A DNA stretch of 64,000 bases from an uncultured Desulfosarcina sp. (GCA_963674945.2 CAXXWQ010000003.1:2528001-2592000); one strand, 5' to 3'; positions 1 through 11,048 are shown, counted from the first letter of the stretch. Made by a program: numbers and translations. Notes: generated by a model from the sequence alone, not told the origin.

Positions 1-891
1 ACCTACCGCCTTTCTTCGGAAAAGGTTATGGTTACAGGTGCCGTCTCTTCCTCCTCGTCAGCCGGTGCGCAGATGGAAATGGCAGTGCAAATGACCCAGC
101 AAAGCGCCCATGAAGCCCTTACCATGGTAAAAAATTACCTGCAGGAATTGAATCCCAAGGTAAATGCGGCGAGACTGCTTGGTGAATTTCTGGACAAGTA
201 CACCATTCACCATCAACTTCTTAGTGCATCCTACAACGTGGGAGGCCCTTCGGCAGGATATGCGCTGGCCATCAACACGCTGTCCGCGCTGATGCACATT
301 CCGGTCTATCATGACTTTGGCATCACCGGTGCTCCCTGGACCAAAGGGGTCAAACGGGGTGAGGTGGGCGGCTCCGTCATCATCGGCGGCCAGCGTAAGA
401 AATCAGAAAAGGTTCTCATGTATCTTCGCCGAATGTATATGCCGCTAAAGAATTACATGGATTTGGAGAAGGAGTTTCTCGTTAACTACTGGCTCCAGGA
501 CAAGGATATTTTAGGGGTAACCCATTTCGGCGACCTGGTTCCGGAAGTAATCTGTCTGGATCCGGAATATGAGCAGATTCTTCAGGATCTCATCGAAGCC
601 CGCATCCGATACAAAGTAGATAAATACCAGGGGCAGGGATCCGATGAAATGGTGAAAGAGGAGATCCTCAGGAAAAAGGAAATTTTGAGAATTCGTGTTG
701 AAAAAGAGATCAAGGGCCGGCTCAGCTCCCTGCGCCGTTATCTGAGGAGTCCGGCCAGAGATCCGCATCTCAGCATAGAAGAAATTTTTCGAAGACCGGA
801 ATCTCCGATGATCCATTTGACCGATCCCTTCAAGCGTCTCATGCGAAAAGTACGTTCCCAGAACAAAATACGGATGAACACAAAACGATAA
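1..891 (+). CDS. Lon (S16) family protease, C-terminal part; 5' end lies outside the window
   Basis: Frame is open from base 1. GGPSAG catalytic-Ser motif, then FGITG and IGGQRKK (Lys region), followed by a helical C-terminal extension. Confidence 0.75.
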   Translation, partial: TYRLSSEKVMVTGAVSSSSSAGAQMEMAVQMTQQSAHEALTMVKNYLQELNPKVNAARLLGEFLDKYTIHHQLLSASYNVGGPSAGYALAINTLSALMHIPVYHDFGITGAPWTKGVKRGEVGGSVIIGGQRKKSEKVLMYLRRMYMPLKNYMDLEKEFLVNYWLQDKDILGVTHFGDLVPEVICLDPEYEQILQDLIEARIRYKVDKYQGQGSDEMVKEEILRKKEILRIRVEKEIKGRLSSLRRYLRSPARDPHLSIEEIFRRPESPMIHLTDPFKRLMRKVRSQNKIRMNTKR

Positions 892-898
892 GGGCGGT

Positions 899-2110
899 TT
901 ATCCGTTGGTGACGTGAATTCTCTTCCCCCCGGCGACATGGCAGACGATGTTGTCGAGTGCTTCGGGGACTTTTTCCACCGGTGCCCGCACGGCCAGAAA
1001 ATCCGCCCGCATTCCAGGGGCGATCCGTCCTCGATTGGTCAATCCCATGAGAATGGCGCCGTTGCGGCTGGCACAACGTATGGCGCCTTCGACGCTGAAA
1101 CCCGCTGCAACGAAGAGCTGAATTTCCGTTTGGACGGCTTTCCCATGGTGAACGCCCGTGCTACCGGCATCGGTGCCCACGGCCATGGTCACGCCCATTT
1201 CCATGGCCTGCCTCATTTGCGCCAATTGGTGCTGCAAGTTCTTTTCGGGCACCTCGGCAAAAGCTGCATCCTCTCGGCGTCCCTGGTGCGTTAGAAAATC
1301 CATGTACGCCTTCATGGTCACGGCTGTGGGAACCCAAACGACGCCGCTGTCGGCCATACGACGCATATTTTCCCGCCCCATGAAAAAACCATGTTCGATA
1401 CTCTGGCATCCAGCATCGACGGCCAGCTTCACCGGAAGACGACCGTTCGCATGGACCATCGTTGGTTGGCCGTGTCTCTTGGCGGCCGCAATGCCCTCCG
1501 CTAGTTGCGTTTCGTCGAATTGCGGTGACGTTTGTACCCCGAACCGTGTCAGGCTGTTGAGCCCGGAATTGACGATTTTCAAGTGATCCCGTCGGCTCTT
1601 TTCCCGGAATGCACTTTCCGTCAGACTTTCGCCCGCTTTCACGGGAATGCCGATCAGTTTTCCGTATCGACCCGAAGCAAAGCGCGCGCGCCCCGGTGTG
1701 GCAAGGGTGACCCGATGTTCTGTCTCTCCTTGTTGATCGTATTTAAACCGAAGGGTATCGCCATTGTGGTCCCCTCCGTCGCGGATGGCAAACACACCAG
1801 AGGCAAGGTGCTGCCGAAGATGTTGCAGGATCGTTTTTTTACTTTGGTGATAGGTGCTCTTCAGCTGTTCTTTTCGCTTCTTCGCGTCTGTTGTGCCGGA
1901 CATGACAAGGTGCACATGACTGTCTACGAGTGCCGGTATCACAGTACAATCGGTTAAGTCGACAACGGGTGCTCCGGGTTCCGGATACAGGTTGGCATCG
2001 TTGACGTGGCGAATCCGGTCACCTTCGACCACAAGAAGCCGATTGGCAAGGGCCGGTTTCCCGCTTCCATCCACCAACCACCCCGCGTGATATGCCACTT
2101 TCGTTTCCAT
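899..2110 (-). CDS. Metal-dependent amidohydrolase family protein
   Basis: VIPALVDSHVH (HxH), MVHA, SIEHG, VGTDAG and GRIAPGMRADF motifs. Confidence 0.88.
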   Translation of the reverse strand: METKVAYHAGWLVDGSGKPALANRLLVVEGDRIRHVNDANLYPEPGAPVVDLTDCTVIPALVDSHVHLVMSGTTDAKKRKEQLKSTYHQSKKTILQHLRQHLASGVFAIRDGGDHNGDTLRFKYDQQGETEHRVTLATPGRARFASGRYGKLIGIPVKAGESLTESAFREKSRRDHLKIVNSGLNSLTRFGVQTSPQFDETQLAEGIAAAKRHGQPTMVHANGRLPVKLAVDAGCQSIEHGFFMGRENMRRMADSGVVWVPTAVTMKAYMDFLTHQGRREDAAFAEVPEKNLQHQLAQMRQAMEMGVTMAVGTDAGSTGVHHGKAVQTEIQLFVAAGFSVEGAIRCASRNGAILMGLTNRGRIAPGMRADFLAVRAPVEKVPEALDNIVCHVAGGKRIHVTNG

Positions 2111-2295
2111 CGTATTCGATCACACTTGTTTGCAAGAAAAGTGTATCATTTACCGCAGCAAAAAACTTTTTGTCCAGTTTTTTAAAAAAAAAGAAGACTT
2201 CCGGCATTTACAACGGACGGGAAAAATTTGTATCTTGATCTGAAGAGATCGAAACGATATAAGTATCAGATTTTCTATTTTAAACAGGAGCCGCC

Positions 2296-3774
2296 ATGCA
2301 ACCGGTATGTGTTCGTTTCCCCCCCAGTCCAACAGGTTATCTGCATATCGGCGGTGCACGTACTGCATTGTTCAACTGGCTTTTCGCCAGAAAGCACGGG
2401 GGAAAACTGATTCTACGCATCGAAGACACCGATGCACAACGGTCGACCCAGGCATCCATCGAGGGAATCATCGACGGCCTTCAATGGCTCGGGTTGGACT
2501 GGGACGAGGGTCCTTACTTTCAAACCCAGTTTGCCGATGAACACGCAAAAGCCGCCAAATTCCTGTTGGAAAGCGGTCAAGCCTACAAATGCTTTTGTAC
2601 CAAACAGACGCTGGACGCCAAAAGGGAAAAAGCCCTGGCCGAAAAGAAGCCACTGGGCTATGACGGCACCTGCCGGAACCTCACCGAAGCCGAGGTTCGC
2701 GAGCACGAACGCCGCGGGATTCCTTCGGTAATCCGGTTCAAGGTTCCCAGGAAATCGGGGGTCGTCGGTTTTGATGACCACGTCCTTGGCAGTATTCGAC
2801 GCCCCTTGGCGGATGTGGAGGATTTCGTCATTGTCCGTTCGAACGGAGAGCCCCTTTATCTGCTTTGCAACGTGGTGGATGACATCCGCGATCACATCAC
2901 CCACGTGATTCGAGGCCAGGATCACATGACGAATACCACCCGCCAGATTCTCTTGTACGAGGCCTTGGGGGCGTCGACGCCGATCTTCGCGCACATGCCC
3001 CTTACCCTGGACAGGAAAAAACGCAAGATTTCCAAGCGTCATCACGGAGAGGTGGTCTCGGTCCAGTTCTATCGAGAAAAAGGAATCCTGCCCTGGGCCC
3101 TGTGCAATTTTTTGGTGCTTCTCGGTTGGAATCCGGGCGACAATCAGGAAATTTTCTCCCGGGAATCGCTCATCGAGGCCTTTTCACTGGAAAGAATCGG
3201 AAAGGTCAACTCGGTTTTCAACTACCAGGCCGGTGACCCGAAGTTCTTCACCGATCCCAAACTCATGTCCATTAACGAGCACTATCTTCGTTCCATGGAT
3301 ATCGAAGCATTGGGACGCTTGGTAAAAAACGAGCTGGTTGCCGAGGGGCTGTGGATGGATGCCTATGAGAAAGAACGCAAAGAGTGGTATCTTTCGACCA
3401 TTGCGATGATCCGCGCCCGATTCCATACGCTGAAAGATTTCACCAGCACAGGAAGGGCCTATTTCGGTGAAGATTATGTCATCGAAGAAAAGCCGAAGAA
3501 GAAAAACCTGGACAAGCATCCGCAATTGGAACAGTGGTTGCCGGAACTGGCCAGGCGGTATTCCGCCCTTTCCCGATTTGACGAAACGACCACGGAGAAA
3601 GCGACGAGAGAAATGGCTTCAGCGCTTTCCATCAAACCCGGCATCCTGATTAACGGCCTGCGCACCGTGCTCACCGGCCAACTGGCGGGGCCGGGCATGT
3701 TCGACATCCTCGTAACCCTGGGCCGAAAGACCGTGGTAAAGCGGCTCGATGAAGCAGGCCGCTTCTTTGCCTAA
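2296..3774 (+). CDS. gltX: Glutamate--tRNA ligase
   Basis: RFPPSPTGYLHIGG (HIGH), LRIEDTD, ITHVIRGQDH and KISKR (KMSKS). AGGAG ribosome-binding site (SD) upstream. Confidence 0.95.
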   Translation: MQPVCVRFPPSPTGYLHIGGARTALFNWLFARKHGGKLILRIEDTDAQRSTQASIEGIIDGLQWLGLDWDEGPYFQTQFADEHAKAAKFLLESGQAYKCFCTKQTLDAKREKALAEKKPLGYDGTCRNLTEAEVREHERRGIPSVIRFKVPRKSGVVGFDDHVLGSIRRPLADVEDFVIVRSNGEPLYLLCNVVDDIRDHITHVIRGQDHMTNTTRQILLYEALGASTPIFAHMPLTLDRKKRKISKRHHGEVVSVQFYREKGILPWALCNFLVLLGWNPGDNQEIFSRESLIEAFSLERIGKVNSVFNYQAGDPKFFTDPKLMSINEHYLRSMDIEALGRLVKNELVAEGLWMDAYEKERKEWYLSTIAMIRARFHTLKDFTSTGRAYFGEDYVIEEKPKKKNLDKHPQLEQWLPELARRYSALSRFDETTTEKATREMASALSIKPGILINGLRTVLTGQLAGPGMFDILVTLGRKTVVKRLDEAGRFFA

Positions 3775-3868
3775 AACATGATCGGATTCGTTTCTGTTCG
3801 GGTAAACCTGAGGATTCTCGCGTTGCCCATGGAAAGATATTGTCATCTCAACACGACAGGAAGCAACG

Positions 3869-5740
3869 ATGCATAAACTACTTACTGACAGCCCCGGAAA
3901 GAAGATGTTGCTGCTCGGCAACGAAGCCATCGCCCGAGGTGCCATCGAAGCGGGTGTCGCTTTCGCCACCACCTACCCGGGAACACCTTCGTCGGAAATA
4001 TCCTTGAACCTGTTTCAGGTTTCACAGCAAAGTGATCTCTACTTTGAATACAGCACCAATGAGAAAGTCGCCCTGGAAGTAGCCGCAGCAGCAGCAAACA
4101 GCGGGGTGCGAACCTTTTGCATGATGAAGCACGTGGGTCTTAACGTGGCGGCCGACCCTTTGATGACCCTGGCGTATGTGGGCGTAAAGGCCGGTCTGGT
4201 GATTCTAAGCGCCGATGATCCTTTCATGTTCTCCAGCCAGAACGAGCAGGACAACCGCTATTACGGAAAACTCTCCGGGCTGCCCTTGCTCGAACCGTCA
4301 TCGGTGGCCGAAGCCCGCCAGATGACAGCCGATGCATTCGATCTTTCCGAAAAACTGGGAGAACCGGTGATCTTACGGACCACTACCCGGGTGAACCATT
4401 CCAGCGCCTTCGTGGAACTGGGATCGGTAAAGCCTTGCAAGCCAAAGGGAGAATTCACCAAGGATCCGTTTCATCTGGTTACCGTACCGGCAGTTTCCCG
4501 AAACCTGCATGTTCGACTGCTGGAGAATTGGGACAAGGCCCAGACCCTTGCCGAAGTTTCGATGTATAACTTCCTGACTGGCGATGGCCCGCTGGGCATC
4601 ATCTGCAACGGTGTCAGTTACAACTACGTCAGTGATGCGGTGGACGATTTGAACTTGGGTGAAAAAGCGAAAATTTTACGCCTCGGATTCTCCCACCCTG
4701 CCCCTTCCGCGCTGATTGAAAGATTCTTGAAGAGTTGCCAAAAGGTCCTGGTGGTCGAAGAAGGGGAACCGTTTTTGGAAGAAACCGTAAAGACCGTCGC
4801 CCAGACTGCGGGTCTCACGGTAAGGATCGCCGGAAAGGGTGAAGCGCTGTTCTCCCGCCTTTACGAGTTCGATCCTGCCATGGTTCGTCGGACAATGGCC
4901 TCCTATTTCGATATCCCCTGCGCTGAGAGCCAAGCCATAGATCTCTCCGATGTACCGCAGATCCCCCAGCGGCCTCCCAACCTTTGTGCCGGCTGCTCTC
5001 ACCGGGCCACTTACTATGCGGTCAAAAAGGCCGCCGAAGGAATGGATACCGTCTTCCCCACGGACATCGGCTGTTATACGTTAGGGTTCCTTCCCCCCCT
5101 TGCCATGGGTGATTTTTTAATCTGCATGGGCTCCTCCGTAAGCACGGCCTGCGGATTTTCCAAGGCCACGGATAAAAAAGTGATCGCCTTTATCGGGGAC
5201 TCCACCTTCTTTCACTCAGGCATGACAGGCCTCGTAAATGCCATTTTCAACAACCACGATCTGACCCTGGTCATTCTCGACAACGGTACTACCGCCATGA
5301 CCGGACACCAGCCCCATCCGGGTGTGGATATGTCAAACTTCAATCTGTCCGGCTATGGACGCATCTCCATCGAAGCCGTCGTTCGTGCCATGGGTGTCGA
5401 GCATGTCAGCGTCATCAAACCCTACAAGGTAAAAAAGAGTGTCGAATCGGTGAAGGCCGCGTTGGACCACAAAGGTGTATCGGTGATTATCTCCCAGGAG
5501 ATGTGTACCCTATACGCCCGCAGCTTGAAAAAACTCAACGTTCGTCCCTTCACGGTGACAGACAAATGCAGGAATCATCGGGACTGCATCAACGAAATCG
5601 GCTGTCCTGCCTTTTTTCTGGATGGCGAAAGGGTTCGGATCGACCCGAACACATGCGTGGGATGTGCGGTCTGCGCACAAATCTGCCCGGAAAATGCCAT
5701 CGTTCCGGCAAAGAAAATAACGGCGGACGAAATCCGATAG
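3869..5740 (+). CDS. iorA: Indolepyruvate:ferredoxin oxidoreductase subunit alpha
   Basis: LLGNEAIARG, YPGTPSSE, MKHVGLNVAAD, RPPNLCAGC, GDSTFFH (TPP binding) and a C-terminal CxxCxxCxxxCP ferredoxin motif. Confidence 0.93.
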   Translation: MHKLLTDSPGKKMLLLGNEAIARGAIEAGVAFATTYPGTPSSEISLNLFQVSQQSDLYFEYSTNEKVALEVAAAAANSGVRTFCMMKHVGLNVAADPLMTLAYVGVKAGLVILSADDPFMFSSQNEQDNRYYGKLSGLPLLEPSSVAEARQMTADAFDLSEKLGEPVILRTTTRVNHSSAFVELGSVKPCKPKGEFTKDPFHLVTVPAVSRNLHVRLLENWDKAQTLAEVSMYNFLTGDGPLGIICNGVSYNYVSDAVDDLNLGEKAKILRLGFSHPAPSALIERFLKSCQKVLVVEEGEPFLEETVKTVAQTAGLTVRIAGKGEALFSRLYEFDPAMVRRTMASYFDIPCAESQAIDLSDVPQIPQRPPNLCAGCSHRATYYAVKKAAEGMDTVFPTDIGCYTLGFLPPLAMGDFLICMGSSVSTACGFSKATDKKVIAFIGDSTFFHSGMTGLVNAIFNNHDLTLVILDNGTTAMTGHQPHPGVDMSNFNLSGYGRISIEAVVRAMGVEHVSVIKPYKVKKSVESVKAALDHKGVSVIISQEMCTLYARSLKKLNVRPFTVTDKCRNHRDCINEIGCPAFFLDGERVRIDPNTCVGCAVCAQICPENAIVPAKKITADEIR

Positions 5741-5841
5741 CGTAACGACAAACCATCGGCTGCATCGTAACCATTTTCGACAGGAGCGCTGGTTCGACCA
5801 CCTTTCGCAAAAAGCAGCCCGAAATCGAGTAGGAAGACGAT

Positions 5842-6435
5842 ATGGAAACAACGAGACTGATTATCGTGGCAGTTGGCGGTCAGGGAAATCTGCTTGCATC
5901 CAGGGTGCTGGGAGAAGCGGCCCTGCTTTCTGGTGTTCCGGTTCACATGAGCGAAATCCACGGCATGGCACAGCGAGGCGGTGTGGTCGAATCGGCAATC
6001 GTGTTCGGTGACGCGAAGAGCACCATCATATCCGACGGGGAGGCGGACCTTCTGGTAGGATTCGAGCCTTCGGAAACCCTTCGTGCACTGAAAAAATGCA
6101 ATCCGCAAAGCACCGTCATCACCAATCTGGCCACCTTACCGCCCTTTACCGTGGCCATCGGTCGGGGTACCTATCCGGACCTTTCGATCCTTCAGGAGCG
6201 AATCCGAAAAAAAACCAAGCGACTGATCGCCCTCGACGCCGTAGCGCTGGCATCTCGCGCCGGAAATGTGATGTCCGTCAATATCGTCTTGCTCGGTGCA
6301 TTGATTTATACGAAAATCCTGCCCATCACCCGAAAAGATGTGATGACGGCCATTGAGACAAAGACGAAACAACGTTTCATCGACATAAACCTAAAGGCCT
6401 TCCAGCTTGGTTACGAAGCCGCGGATAAAGCCTGA
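5842..6435 (+). CDS. iorB: Indolepyruvate:ferredoxin oxidoreductase subunit beta
   Basis: VGGQG and SEIHGMAQRGG motifs; follows iorA. Confidence 0.93.
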   Translation: METTRLIIVAVGGQGNLLASRVLGEAALLSGVPVHMSEIHGMAQRGGVVESAIVFGDAKSTIISDGEADLLVGFEPSETLRALKKCNPQSTVITNLATLPPFTVAIGRGTYPDLSILQERIRKKTKRLIALDAVALASRAGNVMSVNIVLLGALIYTKILPITRKDVMTAIETKTKQRFIDINLKAFQLGYEAADKA

Positions 6436-6649
6436 AGGACATGACCGTCCCCATTGGAAAAGGTGACGAAGACGCCATCGGGAAAAAAATATTTTTTCAT
6501 AGCAATTTTTTCTACGATAGATTGACTTAATATGAATTTCGGCAGATTATAGAAAAAGATGATCTACACCTTCGATTGGGAACTGGAACACCTTATATGT
6601 GCGACGAGTTCTTGGCAGAGCGCAATAACGTAATCCGGGGAGAGATAAT

Positions 6650-6880
6650 ATGAAGCATCTGGTTGAGGAAATCGCAAAAGCCCTTGTGGATATGCCCGAG
6701 GAAGTATCGGTTCACGACATTGAAAGTCAGCAGAGCATCGTCATTGAGCTGTCGGTGGCCAAGCAAGATTTGGGCAAAATCATCGGTCGTAAAGGGCAAA
6801 ATGTTCAGGCAATCCGAACCATCTTGAATGCCGCATCAGGCAAGAGCAAGAAACGGATCATCCTGGAGCTGATCGAATAG
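6650..6880 (+). CDS. KH-domain RNA-binding protein (KhpA/UPF0109 family)
   Basis: 76 aa with DLGKIIGRKGQNVQAIRTIL (GxxG loop). Not beside rpsP/rimM, so probably a paralog. Confidence 0.88.
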   Translation: MKHLVEEIAKALVDMPEEVSVHDIESQQSIVIELSVAKQDLGKIIGRKGQNVQAIRTILNAASGKSKKRIILELIE

Positions 6881-6891
6881 GAACGAACGAT

Positions 6892-7620
6892 TCACATGTT
6901 TCGCAGGATCGGGTTATGAAGGAAGGATCTTTTTTTCCCTCTCGGAACATGTGGATCGCCAGTATCCGAAGGGTGGATCGCCTTGCTCAGCTGTTCCAGA
7001 AAAACCTTTCTCGGAATTTCCCGCGCACCGAACCGGATGAGGTGGTCTGTTTTCACCTGGCAATCGATGAGAAGGACATCGTTCTGCTTGAGCGCATTCA
7101 CAAGTGCCACGAATGCCACCTTGGAAGCGTTGCTCACACGACTGAACATGGACTCCCCGAAAAAGGCACGGCCCAACCAGACACCGTAGAGACCTCCGAC
7201 GAGTTCACCGTCCTGCCATGACTCCACCGAATGTGCGAATCCATACCGGTGAAGTTCACAATAGGCATATCTCATTTCATCGGTAATCCAGGTTCCCTCT
7301 CCGTAAGATCGCTTGGCCTCGGCGCATCCTTGTATCACACTGGTAAACGCCCGATCGAAAGTGACCTGAAATTGTCCCCGTTTGATTATTTTATGAAGGG
7401 ATCTGGAAACTCTCACTTCATCAGGATATAGGACGAGCCGGGGATCGGGAGACCACCAGAGAATTGGTTCGCCTTTGCAATACCAGGGGAAGATTCCATT
7501 TCGATAGGCAAGAAGCAGGCGATCGACGGTAAGGTCTCCACCGACGGCAAGAAGACCTTCATCGATGGCCAGGTGGGCCGGTGGAAAAGATAACCGACTT
7601 GTCAGTGTGAATACGGGCAT
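6892..7620 (-). CDS. aat: Leucyl/phenylalanyl-tRNA--protein transferase
   Basis: [33 protein letters not shown] and LIDCQ motifs. Confidence 0.95.
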   Translation of the reverse strand: MPVFTLTSRLSFPPAHLAIDEGLLAVGGDLTVDRLLLAYRNGIFPWYCKGEPILWWSPDPRLVLYPDEVRVSRSLHKIIKRGQFQVTFDRAFTSVIQGCAEAKRSYGEGTWITDEMRYAYCELHRYGFAHSVESWQDGELVGGLYGVWLGRAFFGESMFSRVSNASKVAFVALVNALKQNDVLLIDCQVKTDHLIRFGAREIPRKVFLEQLSKAIHPSDTGDPHVPRGKKRSFLHNPILRNM

Positions 7621-7707
7621 GGTTTAAACAAAAGGGACATACCTCAGCCGGGTCCAAAGGTGCTGCGATTGGGCCGACACGTTTTCGAATCGTTACACAA
7701 CCGGTGT

Positions 7708-9945
7708 TTACTCGTATTGGAATGTAACCGCGTCTTGTTCCATCTCCAATTTCACCATGCCACCTTTTTGCAGACGTCCAAAGAGAATTTCATGGGCCAG
7801 CATGTCCTTGATTTCGGATTGGATGACTCTCGCCAGAGGCCTCGCACCGTTTTGGGGATCGTACCCTTTTTTTGCCAGATAATTCCTTACGGCATCCGAA
7901 TATGCCAGGGACACTCTCTTTCCGGCCAATTGGTCGGAAAATTCCTTCATGAACTTGTCGACAATCTTTCCCATGATAGTGGAATCAAGAGAGTTAAAGG
8001 TGATGATGCCATCGAGGCGGTTTCGAAATTCCGGGCTGAACAGCTTTTCAATGGCTTTTTTCCCCTTACCGGTACTATCGCTTTTTGGGTCTCCGAATCC
8101 GATGGTGGCGCTGCTCATCTCGCGGGAACCGGCATTGGAGGTCATCATGACGATGACATTGCGAAAATCAGCCTTCTTTCCGTTGTTGTCCGTCAAGGTG
8201 GCATGATCGAGCACCTGGAGCAGGATGTTGAAAAGGTCTTCGTGCGCCTTTTCAATCTCATCCAACAGAAGGACACTGTAGGGGTGCTTTCGGATGCCAT
8301 CGGTGAGCAATCCGCCCTGATCGAAACCAATGTAACCGGGGGGGGCACCGATAAGCCTTGCAACGGCATGCTTTTCCATATATTCGCTCATGTCGTACCG
8401 CATGAACTCGACATCCAATTGTTGGGCCACTTGACGCGCTACCTCAGTCTTTCCAACACCCGTGGGACCGGTAAAAAGGAATGATCCGACAGGTTTTTCC
8501 GGTTGCCCGAGTCCTGCCCGGGATCGTTTGATGGCGGTTACAAGTGCGTCGATGGCATCGTCCTGGCCAAAGACCACCTGGCGCAGCTGATCGCCGAGAT
8601 TCTCCAGCTTGGTCTTGTCCGGTGTGGAAACATTGACGGCGGGAATCCGTGCAATTTTGGCGACGATCTTTTCGATATCCGACGGATGGATCTTTTTCCG
8701 GTTGGCGGGACCGGAGAGGCGAATGGCCGCACCGGCTTCATCGATGACGTCGATGGCTTTGTCCGGAAGGTACCGGTCGTTTATGTATTTTGCCGACAAC
8801 TCGCATGCCGCCTTGAGCGCGCCTTCGGTGTATTCGATCTCATGATGTTCCTCGTATCTGGATCGAAGCCCCTTCAGGATTTTGACGGATTCTTTGATGG
8901 GAGGTTCGAGGATATCGATCTTTTCGAACCTTCTGGACAGAGCACGATCCTTTTCGAAATGATTTTTGTACTCCTCGTAGGTGGTGGAGCCGATGCAACG
9001 AAGCTCACCGGTGGAGAGAAACGGTTTGAGGATATTGCTGGCATCCATGGATCCGCTGCTGGTGGCACCCGCACCGACGATGGTGTGAATCTCGTCGATG
9101 AACAAGATGGCATTTTTCCGCTTCTTCAACTCTTCCACGACCCCTTTGAGGCGCTGTTCGAAATCCCCCCTGAACTTTGAACCGGCCAACATGCCACCTA
9201 AATCCAGGGAAAAGATCCGGACCTCCTTCAACAGTTCGGGGACCTCACCATCCCATATCTTTTGTGCCAGTCCCTCGGCCATGGCGGTCTTGCCAACTCC
9301 TGGATCGCCGACAAAAATCGGGTTGTTCTTCCGGCGACGACAAAGCACCTGCATCGTTCTCGTCATCTCCAATTCGCGACCGATCAACGGGTCCAACTTC
9401 CCCTTTGCGGCCCTATCGATGAGATTGATGGTGTATGCCTCGAGTGGATTCGCCTTTTTCTTGTCGCTCTTTTTTTCGGTACCTTTTTCGGTCTCCGGCA
9501 TCTCTTCAGGCGGATTCCCATGTACTTCATGGGAAATGACCCGCAACACGTCGAATCGGGTTATTCCCTCCTCATTCAGAAAGTATACGGCATGGCTGTC
9601 CTTCTCCATGAAGAGGGAGGCCAGAATATCGCTTACCGCCACTTCCTTCTTTTCCGCGGAACGGACATGATTCACGGCGCGCTGGATGACCCGTTGGAAC
9701 CCGATGGTCTGCTGAAGGACATACTCGCTCTCTTCGGGGATCATCTCCATGTCGTTTTCGAAAAAGGTCTCCAGGCTGGCCTTGATCTTTTCCACGTCGC
9801 CACCGCATTTTTCCAAGATCTCCAGCCCCGTGCTATCATGCAGGATGGCGAACAATACATGTTCTACGCTGACATATTCGTGTCGTCGTTTCTTGGCTTC
9901 TCGAACGGCAAAGCCCAAAGTGGCACTGAGTTCCTTACTGATCAT
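7708..9945 (-). CDS. clpA: ATP-dependent Clp protease ATP-binding subunit ClpA
   Basis: Two AAA modules (GDPGVGKT, GPTGVGKT), RRRKNNP and IGF loop; lies between clpS and aat. Confidence 0.96.
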   Translation of the reverse strand: MISKELSATLGFAVREAKKRRHEYVSVEHVLFAILHDSTGLEILEKCGGDVEKIKASLETFFENDMEMIPEESEYVLQQTIGFQRVIQRAVNHVRSAEKKEVAVSDILASLFMEKDSHAVYFLNEEGITRFDVLRVISHEVHGNPPEEMPETEKGTEKKSDKKKANPLEAYTINLIDRAAKGKLDPLIGRELEMTRTMQVLCRRRKNNPIFVGDPGVGKTAMAEGLAQKIWDGEVPELLKEVRIFSLDLGGMLAGSKFRGDFEQRLKGVVEELKKRKNAILFIDEIHTIVGAGATSSGSMDASNILKPFLSTGELRCIGSTTYEEYKNHFEKDRALSRRFEKIDILEPPIKESVKILKGLRSRYEEHHEIEYTEGALKAACELSAKYINDRYLPDKAIDVIDEAGAAIRLSGPANRKKIHPSDIEKIVAKIARIPAVNVSTPDKTKLENLGDQLRQVVFGQDDAIDALVTAIKRSRAGLGQPEKPVGSFLFTGPTGVGKTEVARQVAQQLDVEFMRYDMSEYMEKHAVARLIGAPPGYIGFDQGGLLTDGIRKHPYSVLLLDEIEKAHEDLFNILLQVLDHATLTDNNGKKADFRNVIVMMTSNAGSREMSSATIGFGDPKSDSTGKGKKAIEKLFSPEFRNRLDGIITFNSLDSTIMGKIVDKFMKEFSDQLAGKRVSLAYSDAVRNYLAKKGYDPQNGARPLARVIQSEIKDMLAHEILFGRLQKGGMVKLEMEQDAVTFQYE

Positions 9946-9948
9946 TTT

Positions 9949-10257
9949 CTATTCCTGTTCCATACTGCAACGTAGCGGAAAGCCGCTTTCACGTGCAAGA
10001 TTGTGGACCGTATCGACCTTGGTCTCGGCAACTTCGTGGGTATACACCCCACAAACACCGATCCCTTTCCTGTGAACGTTCATCATGATCTTCACCGCCG
10101 CCTCCGGAGATTTGTTGAACACATACATCAGCACCTCAACGACGAATTCCATGGTGGTATAATCGTCATTGTGCAAAAGCACCCGGTACATGGGCGGTTT
10201 ATCGGTTATTTCCCTGGTCTGGGAATCCGATTGTGATTCTGTCTGATATCGAGACAT
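9949..10257 (-). CDS. clpS: Clp protease adaptor ClpS
   Basis: PPMYRVLLHNDDYTTMEFVV motif. Confidence 0.96.
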   Translation of the reverse strand: MSRYQTESQSDSQTREITDKPPMYRVLLHNDDYTTMEFVVEVLMYVFNKSPEAAVKIMMNVHRKGIGVCGVYTHEVAETKVDTVHNLARESGFPLRCSMEQE

Positions 10258-10282
10258 CTTCGAGCGTTTTTATCATGCTTGC

Positions 10283-10385
10283 TGCGGGTTCATATGAAAA
10301 TGGAAAGTCACATGAACTGTTTCGGCATCTTTTTGTTCCCTTGAACCTGGTTTTTCGTGCTCCATTTTGATTTGAATCGCCCGCA
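10283..10385 (-). other. Long imperfect inverted repeat upstream of clpS
   Basis: TGCGGGTTCATATGAAAATGGA... pairs with ...TCCATTTTGATTTGAATCGCCCGCA. Confidence 0.5.
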
Positions 10386-10562
10386 TTCATCATATCGGCA
10401 ATCGGTGGATCCACTTAACTTAGAATTCCAGTCTGCATAGAAATATAATCACCGCCTGTACGGATTGTAAAGAGTCTTTCTCCGTATCGTCCAGCCTTCT
10501 AACTAACTTCCTTTTTTTATGAGATTTTTTATCATGTCAACGGAACCGGTGGTCGATTTTAT

Positions 10563-11048
10563 TCAAACATCCATTTCTATGATCCGGGGTATCGCCGTAC
10601 CGTTTTTCACTTCGACCAGTGCCACGCTAACGGGGTAGTCGAAGCGTCGATGACCGGCACTTCCCGGATTGAGGTAGATCACACCGTCCTCTTTCCAGAT
10701 TTTGGGACGATGGGTATGGCCATTGACCACCACATGGATCCCGGCGACTGTCGGCAACAGGTCAAGGTGATGCAGGTCGTGGAGAATATAGAAGAATACC
10801 CCCTCGATGGTTACCATTTCCACGCCGGGCAATCGGTTGGACCAGGAGCCATGGTCCATGTTTCCCCGTACAGCCGTAACCGGCGCAATTCGTGCCAGAT
10901 CTTCCAAAACATCTGCACCACCCACATCGCCGGCATGCAGGATTTGATCACATCCGGCAAAAATCGATTTCACCTGTGGACGCAGGATGCCATGGGTATC
11001 CGAGATGACGCCGATGATTCTTTCCGTATTATCCGTTTTCGTCTTCAT
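10563..11048 (-). CDS. Metallophosphoesterase (YfcE/MJ0936 family)
   Basis: ISDTH, HAGD, RGNMD, GHTH and NPGS motifs. Start placed at the ATGA overlap with the secA stop. Confidence 0.9.
   Translation of the reverse strand: MKTKTDNTERIIGVISDTHGILRPQVKSIFAGCDQILHAGDVGGADVLEDLARIAPVTAVRGNMDHGSWSNRLPGVEMVTIEGVFFYILHDLHHLDLLPTVAGIHVVVNGHTHRPKIWKEDGVIYLNPGSAGHRRFDYPVSVALVEVKNGTAIPRIIEMDV

Noticed and set aside
5795..5830. GGTTCGA resembling a tRNA T-loop
   Set aside because: No cloverleaf or acceptor stem can be formed.
10258..10440. 6S RNA
   Set aside because: The stem is too short, lacks a clear central bubble, and is not in the usual zapA/ygfA context.
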